From positions 1-64,000 of the forward strand of contig CAWDKY010000027.1 in assembly GCA_963802945.1 (NCBI GenBank): a DNA stretch of 64,000 nucleotides, given 5' to 3'. Within the stretch, counting starts at the first letter, position 1; the number at the start of each line of letters is the position of its first letter. Positions 1 to 11,441 of this stretch are shown here, piece by piece. The translations under genes were made by a program, and so were the position numbers. The stretch is from an uncultured delta proteobacterium (GTDB taxonomy: Bacteria > Desulfobacterota > RBG-13-43-22). The notes beneath the pieces are model-generated. The model searched no databases. It saw only the letters and a program-made list of their open reading frames with translations, and was not told the DNA's origin.

Positions 1-2
1 AA

Positions 3-1622
3 CCCGAAAAATGCATTTGCCTTCAATTAGCCCTTAACAAAGAACCTCCTTTTGCAGTAGAATCAATCGTCTCCAAACAACCGACCCCATGCAAAAGGAG
101 GAACAAAACAATGCAGAAGAATTCTACCACGATGCCCCAGGTAAACAAAGTGAGAATTGCCTTTACCAAGAGAAAGATGACCGCCTATGGAGGCTTTGCC
201 CTTCTCGCCGCATTCTTTGAACGAATCGGATTTGCAGAGATGATCGAGAAAGCCATACCGATCACGGAATGTTCCCCGAACGGCATGGGGGTATACGGAA
301 AGGTAGCCGCCTACATCGCCATGGTCTTTGCCGGTGCGGAGCGTTTCTCCCACCTCATATACTTGGGCAACAAGGATGTTTTGGCAAAGATCTTCGGGGT
401 AAAAAGACTGCCCGATGCGGCAACGACCCTCACCCGGATGTTCAATAAGCTTAAGAATCTCAAGACAGCAGACATGCTCTCCCGTAACGTATGGGCATAT
501 CTTACGCACCTCATCCCCTGGAGGACGATTGGGGAAGACTGGCTCACCTTCGACTCCAGTGTGCTTGTCCGGTATGGGGAACAGGAAGGGGCAAAGAAGG
601 ATACAATCCTGCCAAGCACGGCAGACCGAGCCATAGTCCTCTTTTGGCTTTTCTCAACAGGAGTAAGTACGTGATCCACCTCTGGAACCGCTCCGGCAAC
701 GTCGCCTCATGGAACAACATCCTTGCCTTCTTTGCCGCTTCCTATGAGCGTATCCGGGCCCGCATCAAGGTTCTGGGCGTCATCGCCGACAGCGGGTTCT
801 ATCTCAAGCAGTTCATCGAAACGCTTGAGGAGGAACACCTCACCTACATCATTGCGGTGAGACTCATACGACCCATCCAGCGGCAGATCTACTCCCTCAC
901 CGACTGGAAGGAGATAGCCAAAGGGCTTTCCGTATCGGAGTTCTCCTTCATGCATCCCTTCTGGGGAAAGGAGAGACGGTACATCGTGGTGCGGCAGGAT
1001 ATCATCCAGAGAAACAAGGCGATGGGGAAAACATTGCCCCTCTTTGCCAACGAGATTGAGATCAGAGACTACCGCTATAGCGCCTGGATCACCAATTCGA
1101 ATGAGCCGCCCTATGACGTATGGACCCTGTGCAAGCCCCGGGCAAACGATGAGAACACCATCAAGGAACTGAAAGAAGACTTTGCCCTGGGCGGCTTCTC
1201 GATGAAGAGGTTCTATGCGGTAGAGGCGGCGATGCTTATGAGGGTCCTCGTCTACAACCTCTTTGTGCTCTTCAGGGAGGAGTTCTTTGGGAAGGAAGGA
1301 AAAGAGGCAGCGCCTCAAGACCCTACGGTACAAGTACTTCGTCCTTCCTGCACAGATGGGAAGCGACGGGAGAGATACTGTTCTCCGGATATCGGTACGA
1401 AGCAGGAAGGTACGCTCAAAGCTCTCGTACCTGTTTACCCGCATCAGTCATTACATTCCGAGCCTCGATCTCAACTGCACTGCAGTTGGGGGCACCTGAA
1501 GGTACACAAAGGGGAGGTGGGCCAAAAAACCGCACCAGTAATAGTCATTCTGAGGGGTTATACGGAAAAGCCTTGTCGGGCCTTATGCTATAGGTGTGTC
1601 AATTGTAATCGCATTTTTCGGG
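3..1622 (+). mobile_element. IS1380-family insertion sequence
   Basis: Terminal inverted repeat CCCGAAAAATGC (3-14) / GCATTTTTCGGG (1611-1622). Followed by TTAA and preceded by AA at the window edge, a possible TTAA target duplication. Encloses a DDE_Tnp_1_4-like transposase. Confidence 0.85.
111..1499 (+). CDS. IS1380-family transposase (frameshifted near 597 and 1290)
   Basis: ORFs 111-674, 491-1732 and 1263-1499 join into one protein with TAYGG, TFDSS, GYNP, ADSGFY and RANDENTIKELK motifs typical of IS1380. Confidence 0.85.
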
Positions 1623-1639
1623 TTAAGAGCCTGAGAAAA

Positions 1640-1827
1640 ATGGCCGTGTATAGGGTTTGTTTCCGAACGTCTGTTGAGAAGGATTTCACTGCAATCCCAA
1701 GAGCGATTGGAAGAAAATTCTCCACCGGATAAGAGCACTTGCCGAAGATCCTGGGCCAATGGGTTACGAAAGACGAAAAACTGGCTGGACAGAAAAGATA
1801 TCGCGTCCACCAGGACAATATTATATA
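1640..1827 (+). pseudogene. RelE/ParE-type toxin remnant (5' part), interrupted by IS1634
   Basis: Reading across frameshifts gives MAVYRVCFRTSVEKDFTAIP..WKKILHRIRALAEDP..EKLAGQKRYRVHQ..IIY, resembling RelE. An overlapping upstream frame ends VKSLRKNGRV*, like an antitoxin C-terminus. Confidence 0.65.
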
Positions 1828-3451
1828 CCTGACTTTACCCTCAATTATGCACACTACAGAGGAGAATCGCAAGGATGGCCGAAAAATAAGGTCGTTGAAT
1901 AAGAAAGAGCTTGACAAGACTGAATTGTAGTGTATATAATATACACTATGAGCTTCATACGGAAGATAAGACGGGGGGATTCGATTTACCTTGCCGAGGT
2001 GGAAAATGTAAGGGTGGGCGACAAGGTGATCCAGAAGCATATTCGCTATGTGGGCAAGGAGGTGGACGATACACCGATCTTGACAGGATCGGTGGCGACC
2101 TCAACCGTAGATCGGGTGACGGTTTACGGTCCCCTGTTACTGCTCGACGAGATAGCGAGACACGTTGATCTGTCTGGGATCTTGGGGGACTATGGCGAGT
2201 ATTTGTTGAGCCTGGCCTACGCCCACTGTGTTTCGCCAGATAGCCTCACCGGGATGGTAGACTGGTACCAGAAGACCGAGATCGGGAGTCTTCTTGCTCT
2301 TTCGGACCTGACGTACAAAAAGTTGATCGAGGCACTCGATTCAGTGGAGGAAAGAGAACAAGACATCCAGGAGAGGCTCTTTGGCCGGGTGAAAGAGGTA
2401 TTAGGTCTTGCGCCCAAGGGATATTTTTACGATATCACGGACATCTATTTCTACGGGCTCTGTTGTCCCCTGGCCAAGCGCGGGCGCAATGCGGACGGGA
2501 GGAAGGAGCGGCAGATGCAGATCGGATTGGCCGTGACACAGGGAGAAGGCATTCCCGTATTTCATAAGGTCTTTGAGGGGAACATTTTCGATGCGAAGAC
2601 GTTGCCGGATATTCTTCTTCACTTTCGGGACCAGGATATCAAGGACGTCTGCATCGTATGGGATCGAGGGGTTTCTTCCAAGTTGAACATCAGAGAAGCC
2701 AAAGAGATGGGGTTTGAGGTACTGTGTGGGCTTCCGTTGAAAGCGGGTCTGAAAAAGGTGGCGGACCAGCTCCTGGGGGAGGAGATCGTCTCGATGAAGC
2801 ACCGGGTACGACTCAAGAAAGCCACCTTTTATGTGAAGAAGACGAGGTACCAGATAGACGGACTTGACGGCTACCTTGCCGTTTGCCTCAATGAGAAAGA
2901 GAAACAGGCGATCCGCGAGCGCAGATACGATGAGCTTGATCATGCCCTCCACCAGAAGAAAGGGATCAAAGAGGGATTGAAGAAGTACCTCAGTGGGGGT
3001 AAGCTCAACGACAAGGCGGTGGCATGGGCGGAACGCTATGACGGGATCTCGGTGATCTTTTCGACGAAGGATCTCAGTGAGGAGGAAATGGTCAAGGGTT
3101 ACTTTGAGAAAGACACGGTAGAGAAATCCTTCCGGTGCATGAAAGGTCTCTTGGAGGTGGATAAGGTAAGGTTTTGGCTGGCCAGCCGCGTCAAGGGACA
3201 CGTCTTTGTGTGCTATCTTGCCTATCTGCTGCTCTCGGTCCTTGAATACAAGCTGAGAAAAATAGGCATGAAGGCAGCCGAGGCACTGGAAACCATGGAG
3301 ACGATGTACCGAGTATATATCACAGACCCAAAGTCAGGAAACAAATTCGTGAAAACGGTCGTGCTCAGCAAAAAGCAGGAAGACATCCTCAGGGAGATTA
3401 ACCCGCGTCTGTTGAAGAAATGTAGTGTATAAAATCGAGGGAAAAGTCAGG
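1828..3451 (+). mobile_element. IS1634-family insertion sequence, complete
   Basis: 31-bp imperfect TIRs: CCTGACTTTACCCTCAATTATGCACACTACA (from 1828) and the reverse complement of 3421-3451, CCTGACTTTTCCCTCGATTTTATACACTACA. 6-bp TSD TATATA at 1822-1827 and 3452-3457. Confidence 0.92.
1948..3432 (+). CDS. IS1634-family transposase
   Basis: Intact ORF with YFYDITDIYF, VFEGNIFD, WDRG, VEKSFRCMK and VKGHVFVCYLAY motifs. Confidence 0.9.
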   Translation: MSFIRKIRRGDSIYLAEVENVRVGDKVIQKHIRYVGKEVDDTPILTGSVATSTVDRVTVYGPLLLLDEIARHVDLSGILGDYGEYLLSLAYAHCVSPDSLTGMVDWYQKTEIGSLLALSDLTYKKLIEALDSVEEREQDIQERLFGRVKEVLGLAPKGYFYDITDIYFYGLCCPLAKRGRNADGRKERQMQIGLAVTQGEGIPVFHKVFEGNIFDAKTLPDILLHFRDQDIKDVCIVWDRGVSSKLNIREAKEMGFEVLCGLPLKAGLKKVADQLLGEEIVSMKHRVRLKKATFYVKKTRYQIDGLDGYLAVCLNEKEKQAIRERRYDELDHALHQKKGIKEGLKKYLSGGKLNDKAVAWAERYDGISVIFSTKDLSEEEMVKGYFEKDTVEKSFRCMKGLLEVDKVRFWLASRVKGHVFVCYLAYLLLSVLEYKLRKIGMKAAEALETMETMYRVYITDPKSGNKFVKTVVLSKKQEDILREINPRLLKKCSV

Positions 3452-4073
3452 TATATAGTATTTAAATAAAAGGTTTCTTTATATAAACACGACTGCAAAA
3501 AGATGTGTGTTGTTACTCATTTCACAAACAAACAGCCCTATCGACACTGCAGAACACCGATTACCACGTGAAAGAGAGTATAACCCAAAGATCAGCGCTG
3601 GCTGTATGCCATTTGCTGGACATTTTGTTTGGTAATTATTCGTTTTTCTCATTGCATCCCCCGTACCAAAGGTTGGCCCCTCATCTACAGCTATTGAATT
3701 ATTGAAGGGCGTCCCCTTATTCTAAGAAAGTCCTTGATCATGATCCCGGGGTTTTCTTGGATCGGCAGACTATTTGAAATAAGACCAAGCCAGGGTTTGG
3801 ATGGAGAGGTTTGTCACCAACCTGGGACCTTGGCCCCACCTTCCTCCCTATTGGATTTAAATTACTTAATCCGGCCGCTATATTACCCGGCTAATCAGCC
3901 CAAAACCCCTTAACTCGCTTATCCATCCCTGTTTTTTCTTCGTTTTTTCTCCTTAACCGCTCTTTCGGCTTATTTTATACTTTGTTCATCCCAAAGGAAA
4001 TCTTATCAAACACGATTCTTTTGGAACGCGTTCGAGATCAGCCCGCAGGCTTCTTGAACGCATCCCAAGATCA

Positions 4074-5552
4074 TCAAACCACCGGTTGCATGGCGTTGAT
4101 TAATTCCTTTACTCCAACGGTTGCTATGCCGGACATGACATCAGCCATGGCATAGGGAATGACCAACTCGTTGTTATGGATAATCGAACCGCAGCTATAA
4201 ACGACATTGGGGACATACCCCTCGCGCTCTTCCTCATGCGGTGACAGTAACGGTTCTTCCAGGCGGGCGATGATTTTTGCCGGATTTTCAAGATCAAGCA
4301 GTATGGCGCCAATGCAATACTGACGCATGGGCCCGACACCGTGGGTGAGTACTATCCATCCTTCATCGGTCTCCAAGGGTGAGCCGCAGTTGCCGATTTG
4401 AATAAATTCCCAGGGACGTGTTGGTTCCTGTATGATTTTGGACTCCTGCCAGAAATGGATATTGTCTGAGAACATGATGTGATTGTTTTCACCGTCCTGA
4501 CGGGAAAGCATGACGTAGCTGCCGTCAATTTTACGCGGGAAAAGAGCCATGCCTTTGTTTTGTACTGCTTTGCCGTTGAGGGTTATTATGTTAAATTTAA
4601 TAAAATCCTTTGTTGTAATCAGCTGTGGCAGAATGGTCAAATCATTATAAGCCGTATAGGTTGCGTAGTAGGTAACCTCACCATTGTCATCGATAAATCT
4701 CACGAAGCGGGCGTCTTCAATACCTCTGCTTTCGTTTTTCGAAACGGGAAAGATAACCCTTTCGGAAATTCGATGATTGGGGTGGAAGTTTATTTCATAA
4801 TTGGAATTGATAAGCCAGTACATAACCTCGAAGATTTTATTTTGGTGCGTAACAGGGAAAACCGGGGTCGTGCGAAGCGATTCAATTTTATTTTTTAATT
4901 CGTTATAGGTGAAATCTTCCGGTAACTGGCCAAGAAGATGAGCGGTTACCTCATTGCTGGCTCCCATTTCGAGAAGCTTCAGATCAAAGAGATGCCGGTC
5001 GTAAACCGAATCTAAATGGACCTCTGGTGTTTCGACGTAATCGCTGGTCGGGTCGAAGAGAACCCTGTTGTCCGAGTCAAGAAAACCGCTACGAAATACA
5101 ATCGAGGAAATATGACCTTCGCCGGTTGCCCGCAGGCTCATGATAAAGCGCAAGCTGCCCTTGTCAAGATGGTTTTGATCGGGATGGGGGACGATGGAAG
5201 GGTTAAAAAGGGCCGCCGATTCAATGGAATACTCCATAGTAAAATAGGCCCCGATGAGAGCCATTTTGGTCTCGCTGAGCACGGCTTCCCGAGGAATATA
5301 ATCATTGACCTCATTCAGGTGACGCGCAAAAACACGTTTGATGTTTTTGTGTCGTTCGGAAAAATCAATCAATATTTGTGCGAGAATGACTTCGGCTGTT
5401 GTGTCAGGCAAATCCACTATGCGTTGAATGATCTTAGCAATGCGATACTCGCCGTCCGGCAAATGAAGCCGGGTAATGACGCGTGAGGAGTCCCCTAAGA
5501 TTTTATTCCTTTTTCGTTTGACTATTAAATGGGATAGTTGTTTTTGGATCAT
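4074..5552 (-). CDS. Glycoside hydrolase family 130 protein (long form)
   Basis: AALFNPS, GIEDARF, YYATYTAY, NKGMALFP, IGNCGSP, LTHGVG and YVPNVVYSCG motifs. Confidence 0.9.
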   Translation of the reverse strand: MIQKQLSHLIVKRKRNKILGDSSRVITRLHLPDGEYRIAKIIQRIVDLPDTTAEVILAQILIDFSERHKNIKRVFARHLNEVNDYIPREAVLSETKMALIGAYFTMEYSIESAALFNPSIVPHPDQNHLDKGSLRFIMSLRATGEGHISSIVFRSGFLDSDNRVLFDPTSDYVETPEVHLDSVYDRHLFDLKLLEMGASNEVTAHLLGQLPEDFTYNELKNKIESLRTTPVFPVTHQNKIFEVMYWLINSNYEINFHPNHRISERVIFPVSKNESRGIEDARFVRFIDDNGEVTYYATYTAYNDLTILPQLITTKDFIKFNIITLNGKAVQNKGMALFPRKIDGSYVMLSRQDGENNHIMFSDNIHFWQESKIIQEPTRPWEFIQIGNCGSPLETDEGWIVLTHGVGPMRQYCIGAILLDLENPAKIIARLEEPLLSPHEEEREGYVPNVVYSCGSIIHNNELVIPYAMADVMSGIATVGVKELINAMQPVV

Positions 5553-5604
5553 TAGACATGACTCCTTGATATGGTTAGCGACTTAACTATATTATTCACC
5601 TTTG

Positions 5605-6546
5605 TTACAGCGCCGCCCTGGTCTTTGTGAGACATAACTGTACCAGGTCATCAATCACTGCCGTGCCGGCGCACATGACGGTATCAGCGCCGCCCCAGTA
5701 AATTTTTATCGTACCGTCGTCTTCCGGAACAGCGCCGCAGGTAAAAACAACATTGGGTACGTAACCGCTCACTTCCCAGGGATCCTCGGGCTGCAGTATC
5801 CACTGATCGGAAACGCCGATGATTTCCCCCGGATCATTAAGGTCATGCAGAGCCGCGCCAAGGCGATACACCGCACCAGCCATAGTCTTAAAGACTCCAT
5901 GGTAAATATGCAGCCAGCCTTGGTCGGTTTTGAAGGGCGGTGCGCCGGGCCCGATTTTCATTTCATCCCAGTGATAGGGAACCGGCTTCATAATCACCCG
6001 TGAATCGCCCCAGTGCACCAGGTCCGGGGAATAGGAAATCCAGATGGACCAGGGTGAAATTTCGGAATGCGGCCGGTCCAGACGCGCGTATCGTCCTTGG
6101 AATTTCTCAGGGAAAATAACCACATTGCGAAGGTCGGCCTGGGTGATCAGCGCGACGCGCTCAATGCTTTTAAAGTCTTTTGTCCGGGCAAGTCCAATGC
6201 GCACCCCGTGCCGGGAGTAGGCGCTGTAGGTAAGAAGATATTCGCCCTCCATAGGGTTTATGCGGAGGTCCTCGACTCCGAACTCCTCATAGGCCGCAAA
6301 AATGGTGTCCTTGGCCGGTGTGAGAAAGGGTTCAGGGTGGACCGTGAAGGAAAAACCATCATCACTGTCGGCCCTGCCGATGATAGAGCGCCCGTTGTGC
6401 AAATGCGACCTGAAAAGCATAATATAGCGGCCGTTATGCTTGACGATACCGGCATTGTGGACCGTGGCAACAGGGTACGGGACATCATCTTTGGTGAGAA
6501 TGGGATTTTTTTTATAACGTTTTATAATGGGAGCTTGAGTAGTCAT
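5605..6546 (-). CDS. Glycoside hydrolase family 130 protein (beta-mannoside phosphorylase-like)
   Basis: NPILT, HNAG, GVEDLRI, KIGPGAPP, IYHGV and YVPNVVFTCG motifs. Confidence 0.9.
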   Translation of the reverse strand: MTTQAPIIKRYKKNPILTKDDVPYPVATVHNAGIVKHNGRYIMLFRSHLHNGRSIIGRADSDDGFSFTVHPEPFLTPAKDTIFAAYEEFGVEDLRINPMEGEYLLTYSAYSRHGVRIGLARTKDFKSIERVALITQADLRNVVIFPEKFQGRYARLDRPHSEISPWSIWISYSPDLVHWGDSRVIMKPVPYHWDEMKIGPGAPPFKTDQGWLHIYHGVFKTMAGAVYRLGAALHDLNDPGEIIGVSDQWILQPEDPWEVSGYVPNVVFTCGAVPEDDGTIKIYWGGADTVMCAGTAVIDDLVQLCLTKTRAAL

Positions 6547-7584
6547 CGTCTATTTCGGCGTTCCTCTCTTTTCGTCTTTTCAAGAATGGTTTCATAGACC
6601 TGAATATATTCTTCAACCATACGATCGACGGTGAAGTGCTGTTCAACACGGCGGCGACAGCAGGCTCGATCAATATCTTTTATATGGGCCACAGCGTCTA
6701 TGGCCTCATCCACAGTTGTAACGAGAAAACCGTTTTTGCCGTCTTCGATCAGTTCAGGCATGCTCCCCCGGTCAAAGGCGATTACGGGGGTGCCGCAGGC
6801 CATGGACTCCACAACGGACAGTCCGAAAGGCTCATTGAAATTTATGGGATGGAGAAGCGCGTAGGCCTTGCTTAAGCAGCAGGTTTCGCTGAATCGGCCC
6901 GACGCTGCCGACATAGACCGCACTATGTTCGTCCAGGTGCGGTTCGACGTATTGGTGATAGTAAGCTTCATCCTGAATGATTCCTGCCATGATCAGCTTT
7001 TTATTGCAGGCCCTGGCAATTTCAAGGGCCTCTCTGGCTCCCTTGTCATGGTGAATGCGACCGAAAAAGAGGAGATAATCATCCGGTTCAGGCTGAAAAT
7101 CAAACTGCTTCATATCTATGCCGTGATGGATGGTTTTGATATAGTCAAGATCCGGAGACCGGTCGGCATCGCTGATGGAAACATAAAATACTTTGTGGTT
7201 ATATTTTTTGTAAACAGGCAAAATCCCGGGCGATGAAAAGCCATGAATGGTGGCAACGAACGGGGTGGTGATAAGGCCGGTATAGGTCAAGGGCAAAAAG
7301 TCAAAATGATTATGAATAATATCAAAATCATCGGCATGCTCAAAGAGTTCCGAGATATGCAGGCACTCCCATACTTTTGGCAGAATGGAGCGGTCTTCTT
7401 CATAGCCCCGGGCGCAAACGGCATGCAGCTTGCCGCTTGTTTCCGAATCACCGGTTGCAAAGAGGGTAACATCATAGCCGCGCGAAACCAGCCCCTCGGT
7501 CAAAAGGGAGACCACGCTTTCCCAGGGGCCGTAATGTCGCGGCGGCGTGCGCCAGGCAATCGGTGACAACATCGCAATGCGCAT
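6543..7584 (-). CDS. Glycosyltransferase family 4 (frameshift near 6880)
   Basis: ORFs 6832-7584 and 6543-6971 join: MRIAMLSPIAWRTPPRHYGPWE, FGRIHHDKG, EPFGLSVVESMACGTPV. Confidence 0.88.
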
Positions 7585-7594
7585 AGATAGTCCT

Positions 7595-9886
7595 TTACGT
7601 TAACCGGTCGGCTGAAGGGTGTTCCTCAGCCAAGCGCAGTTCCAATAAGGTCTGAAGAAAGGCCAGCGTCGACTCCGCGCCTTGATTTTCATTTGGGCGG
7701 TCGGGATGGAGGCCGTCCCGGCAACCTCCCGTCGTCGGGTCGTAAACGGGCAGGTTCAAGTCGTTGCGCCCGAGGAACCACTCGAAGGCGCGGCGGGCCT
7801 CCTTGCGCCAGCCTTCGTCTCCGGTACTCCGGTAGGCTTCGAGGCAGGCGGAGGCCATGGTTTGCGCCTCGACCGGCTGTTGATCGAACCGGGCCCGTTC
7901 GCCGCCGCGCTGATAAAAGCCATTGGAGCCGATGGGGACAAAATGACCCCCAGCCGCGTCAGCCCGCTGCAAGTCGGCCAGCCAATGGAGCGACTCCAGT
8001 CCGGCCTCGGTCATGGCCTTATTCGGGATCCATTGGCCGCACATAAGCAGGGCCTGTGGCAGCACGGCGTTGCAATAGGTCAACCCGGCCTCATACCAGC
8101 ACCATTCATCCGAACGGCTGTTTTTATATAAGGTGAGCAATCGCCCGGCCAATTCATCCCGAACCTGGTTGGCCCTGCGGTCACCTTCAAATCGCCGTAG
8201 ATACTCATGAATACCGATGAGGGCGAAGGCCCAGGCCCGGGGGCTGGTGGTCTTGAGAATGGCCGGCAAGGCCTGTTCGAAAACCCAGCCGGCCATACTC
8301 TGGAGGGCCGGCGTGTTAGAGCGGCCCAACACGGTGCCCAAGGCCCACAAGGTGCGGCCATGGCTGTCGTCGGAGCCGCTTTTTTCCAGCCAATTTCGCT
8401 GATAATCCATAAAATTGCGAAATCGCCCGGTTTCCGTATTGAAGGCATACCCGATGAAAGCGAGATAACGGGAAGCCAGTTCGAATGCCTCGCCGCTGCC
8501 CAGTTCCTCCAAATGAGTGCTGACGATCAGGGCGCGGGCGTTGTCGTCGATGCTGTAACCCTCCCGATAGTTGGGTATCGTAAAACTGGCATGTTGCAAC
8601 ATGCCGGTATCGTCCGTCATGAGGTGTAAATGATCGAGCTTGAGAGGGGGGAGTTCACCCGGACGTTTATCGAGCGGTTTGACGGCGAAGCCCGACGGGG
8701 TGAAATGACGGCGTTCGGCCCGGGCGCGTTTAAAACTCTCCATGTAGCGTCGCGCCACCTGCGGCCAGACCATCGCCCGCCCGAACAGATAAGCCCGTTT
8801 GCGCATGGCGTGGCGTTTGGGCTCGTTGTCCAACAGGTCAATCACTTGCTCAGCCAAGGCCGCCGGGTCGCGGAAGGGCACTAAGGCTCCTCGTTCTTCG
8901 GCCAGCATTTCTTCCGCATACCAGTACGGTGTCGAAATCACGGCTTTGCCCGCCCCCAGGGTGTAGGCCAGAGTACCCGAGGTAATCTGGGCCTCGTTGA
9001 GATAAGGGGTGATGTAAATGTCCGCCGCGCCGATAAACTCGACGAGTTCTTCCAAACTGACAAATCGGTTGTAGAAGATCACCTGACCCTCCACACCTTT
9101 CTCCTGGGCCAGCCATTGCAGAGACAGCCGATAGGTTTCGCCTTCGTTCCGCACGACTTGGGGATGGGTGGCTCCAAGGATGATGTAGACCACGTTCGGA
9201 TGGCGGGCCAAAATGGCGGGCAGAGCGGCAATAACGTTTCGATCCCTTTGTTCGCTGAGAGCAAACCAAAACTGAGTAAGACTGTTTTGCCCTCAACGCC
9301 AAAAAGGTCTTTGTGGAAACTGGGGTCCATAAAAGGCACATCGGGTATGCCGTGGGGGATGAAATCAATCTTCTCCGGCGGGACCCCATAGATTTTTTTC
9401 AAGAATTCTCCTGCCGCGCTCACTCATGACGACCAACCGATCGGACAGGGCCGCGACTTCTTCCAGGACCCGTTGCTGATCGGGGTCGGGATCATGCAGA
9501 ATGGTGTGGAAAGTCGTAACGATCGGCATGCGCAATTCACGAAGGAGGGCCAGGATGTGACTGCCTGCCCGCCCGCCAAAGATGCCATATTCGTGTTGCA
9601 AACAGACGAGGTCTACGCTGTTGATATTCAGGAAGTCGGCGGCGCGGCGGTAGGAGTCAATATCCTTCTCGGTCAGTTCAAAGCGAACGCGGGCCGGGTA
9701 GGGATAGCCGGCCTCGATGTCGTTAACGGGCAGGGCAATACACGTTGTGCCATCGTATTCGGCGGCTATGGCCTCACATAAGTCGGTGGTAAATGTGGCG
9801 ATACCGCACTGGCGCGGCAGGTAGTTGCCGATGAACCCAATGCGGTTGATGGTTGAATGGGCCGATCCTTTTTCCATGACGAACAT
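7595..9886 (-). CDS. GT4 glycosyltransferase with C-terminal helical (alpha/alpha-barrel-like) domain (frameshifts near 9415 and 9235)
   Basis: GNYLPRQCGIATFT, QHEYGIFGG, FGLLSANKGIE and QITSGTLAY in the GT4 part; DDNARAL, FDQQPVEA and NQGAESTLA in the C-terminal domain. Confidence 0.85.
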
Positions 9887-10179
9887 TTCCTTTATTAATG
9901 GTGGGTGGGGCTAACTCGCGGTTCATTTTTACCTTTTTTATGGTAAAAAAATTAATTTAACCTCTTGCTTATCTTCCAATAAACATACTTATCTGCCTTA
10001 GTCCTTAACATTGATTACGAGTAGTAGTATACACCATTTTCGAACTATTTGAAATAAGGTTTCCCAGAAGAAGCCCTTAAGTTTCCTAAAAAATTGCCTC
10101 ATCGTACCGAATGCAACCAGTATCTATAAGTGTGGGGATTGGCCAGCGCAAAGGATTGATGATTTCCGATTAAAAGAGA

Positions 10180-10237
10180 GAATAACGTGCTCTTGAGCGG
10201 CGCGGTCTTCCACGTCTGATCGAAGAGCGTGTTAGGT
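10180..10237 (-). other. Integron attC-like recombination site
   Basis: Minus strand reads ACCTAAC-ACGCTCTTCGATCAGACG-TGGAAGAC-CGCGCCGCTCAAGAGCAC-GTTATTC: 58 bp, RYYYAAC...GTT ends, imperfect palindrome with bulges, just downstream of the 10266-10670 gene. Confidence 0.6.
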
Positions 10238-10265
10238 GGTTCCGCCTCGATCCTATGGCCGAACG

Positions 10266-10670
10266 CTACTCGGCAAAGTGCTTTCGAACCTTCGCCGCGA
10301 TCTGACGATCCATCATTTTGTCAACTGTTTCAATACCTACAATGCGTCCACCGAGGTTATCTCTTTCAAGACGCGTTTTCAACTCGCCCTTTGCCTCACC
10401 AGGACCAAATATCAGAATAGATTCTACAGTCCGAATACTCGCAATTACCGCATCGTAGTAAATGTTGAGACGTCCCTTCAATGTTCTCTGACGGCTATCC
10501 CCTGCCGGTACTTGCTGTGGTTCATAGGGACCCTTAAGAGGTGAATCACCAGAACGACGGAGCTGTTTTTCAACCTTCGAAATAATCAGTTTTATCTCTT
10601 CCCCTTCCTCCGTAACAGCCACGACAATTGCCTTCCTATGGTCAATCCATAAACCCACTTTTGTTTTCAT
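10266..10670 (-). CDS. Host-attachment / baeRF (eRF1-like) domain small protein
   Basis: VGLWIDHRKAIVV, ILIFGPGEAKGEL and DKMMDRQIAAKVR, characteristic of this family. Confidence 0.7.
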   Translation of the reverse strand: MKTKVGLWIDHRKAIVVAVTEEGEEIKLIISKVEKQLRRSGDSPLKGPYEPQQVPAGDSRQRTLKGRLNIYYDAVIASIRTVESILIFGPGEAKGELKTRLERDNLGGRIVGIETVDKMMDRQIAAKVRKHFAE

Positions 10671-10889
10671 CGATTTTTCCTTTGTCTATTTACTTCACAT
10701 TAAAGAGTTTTCTCGCTGCTGGATGCCAGATCCACCGCAGGTCATAAGCCATTCCTCCAGGCTCACTTTCGAGCCGCCCAAATTATTCTAATTTCCCAAC
10801 TCAGAGGATTCTGGGGATGTAAACGATAATCATTTGTCTCTGGATTGACGACCCTGCGCTCAATTCCTGTCGTCAAAAAGAGGATACAT

Positions 10890-11411
10890 TCAAAAGCTCC
10901 TGTGTAAAGCACGCATCAACATCTGCAAAAAAATGTCCGGATTTATGCCTTTTTCGTTGAATCCAACGTATTTCGTTTTACCACTCTCCCTGTCCGTAAT
11001 CTTTGAAATTCCATCAATGACAACAACATGTTGATCCTTGACTGAAAGATCCGCATGGAAGCCAAGCAACTCGAAAGCCTTCTCAATAATCATCATATGC
11101 CGATCCATTATTTGCCTGCCGATGGTTAAACCGGACGTAAAGTTGAACAGGTCCCAGATCAAGCCGACGGGAATCTCAACCTTTTCTTCCTCCAGTATTT
11201 TAAAATTTGCATATCCGAGATAGCATGCACATAATGTAAATGCGGGAAGAATCAATAAATCATAAATTTCGCCGTTGGCCTGAATGTCAGCGGGTATTTT
11301 CCCTTTCTTCACAACCGTAATACCGGAAAGGTGGGATAGCCTCTTACTTTCCGATAGAAGCATCTTAGGGCCGGATTCTCCATGCTTTTCGTGCGACTGA
11401 CTATTTTTCAT
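10890..11411 (-). CDS. Hypothetical protein
   Basis: Open frame with a GGAGG RBS before the ATG at 11411; no family recognised. Confidence 0.6.
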   Translation of the reverse strand: MKNSQSHEKHGESGPKMLLSESKRLSHLSGITVVKKGKIPADIQANGEIYDLLILPAFTLCACYLGYANFKILEEEKVEIPVGLIWDLFNFTSGLTIGRQIMDRHMMIIEKAFELLGFHADLSVKDQHVVVIDGISKITDRESGKTKYVGFNEKGINPDIFLQMLMRALHRSF

Positions 11412-11441
11412 GAGTCCACCTCCCATGTATCCATAAAACAC

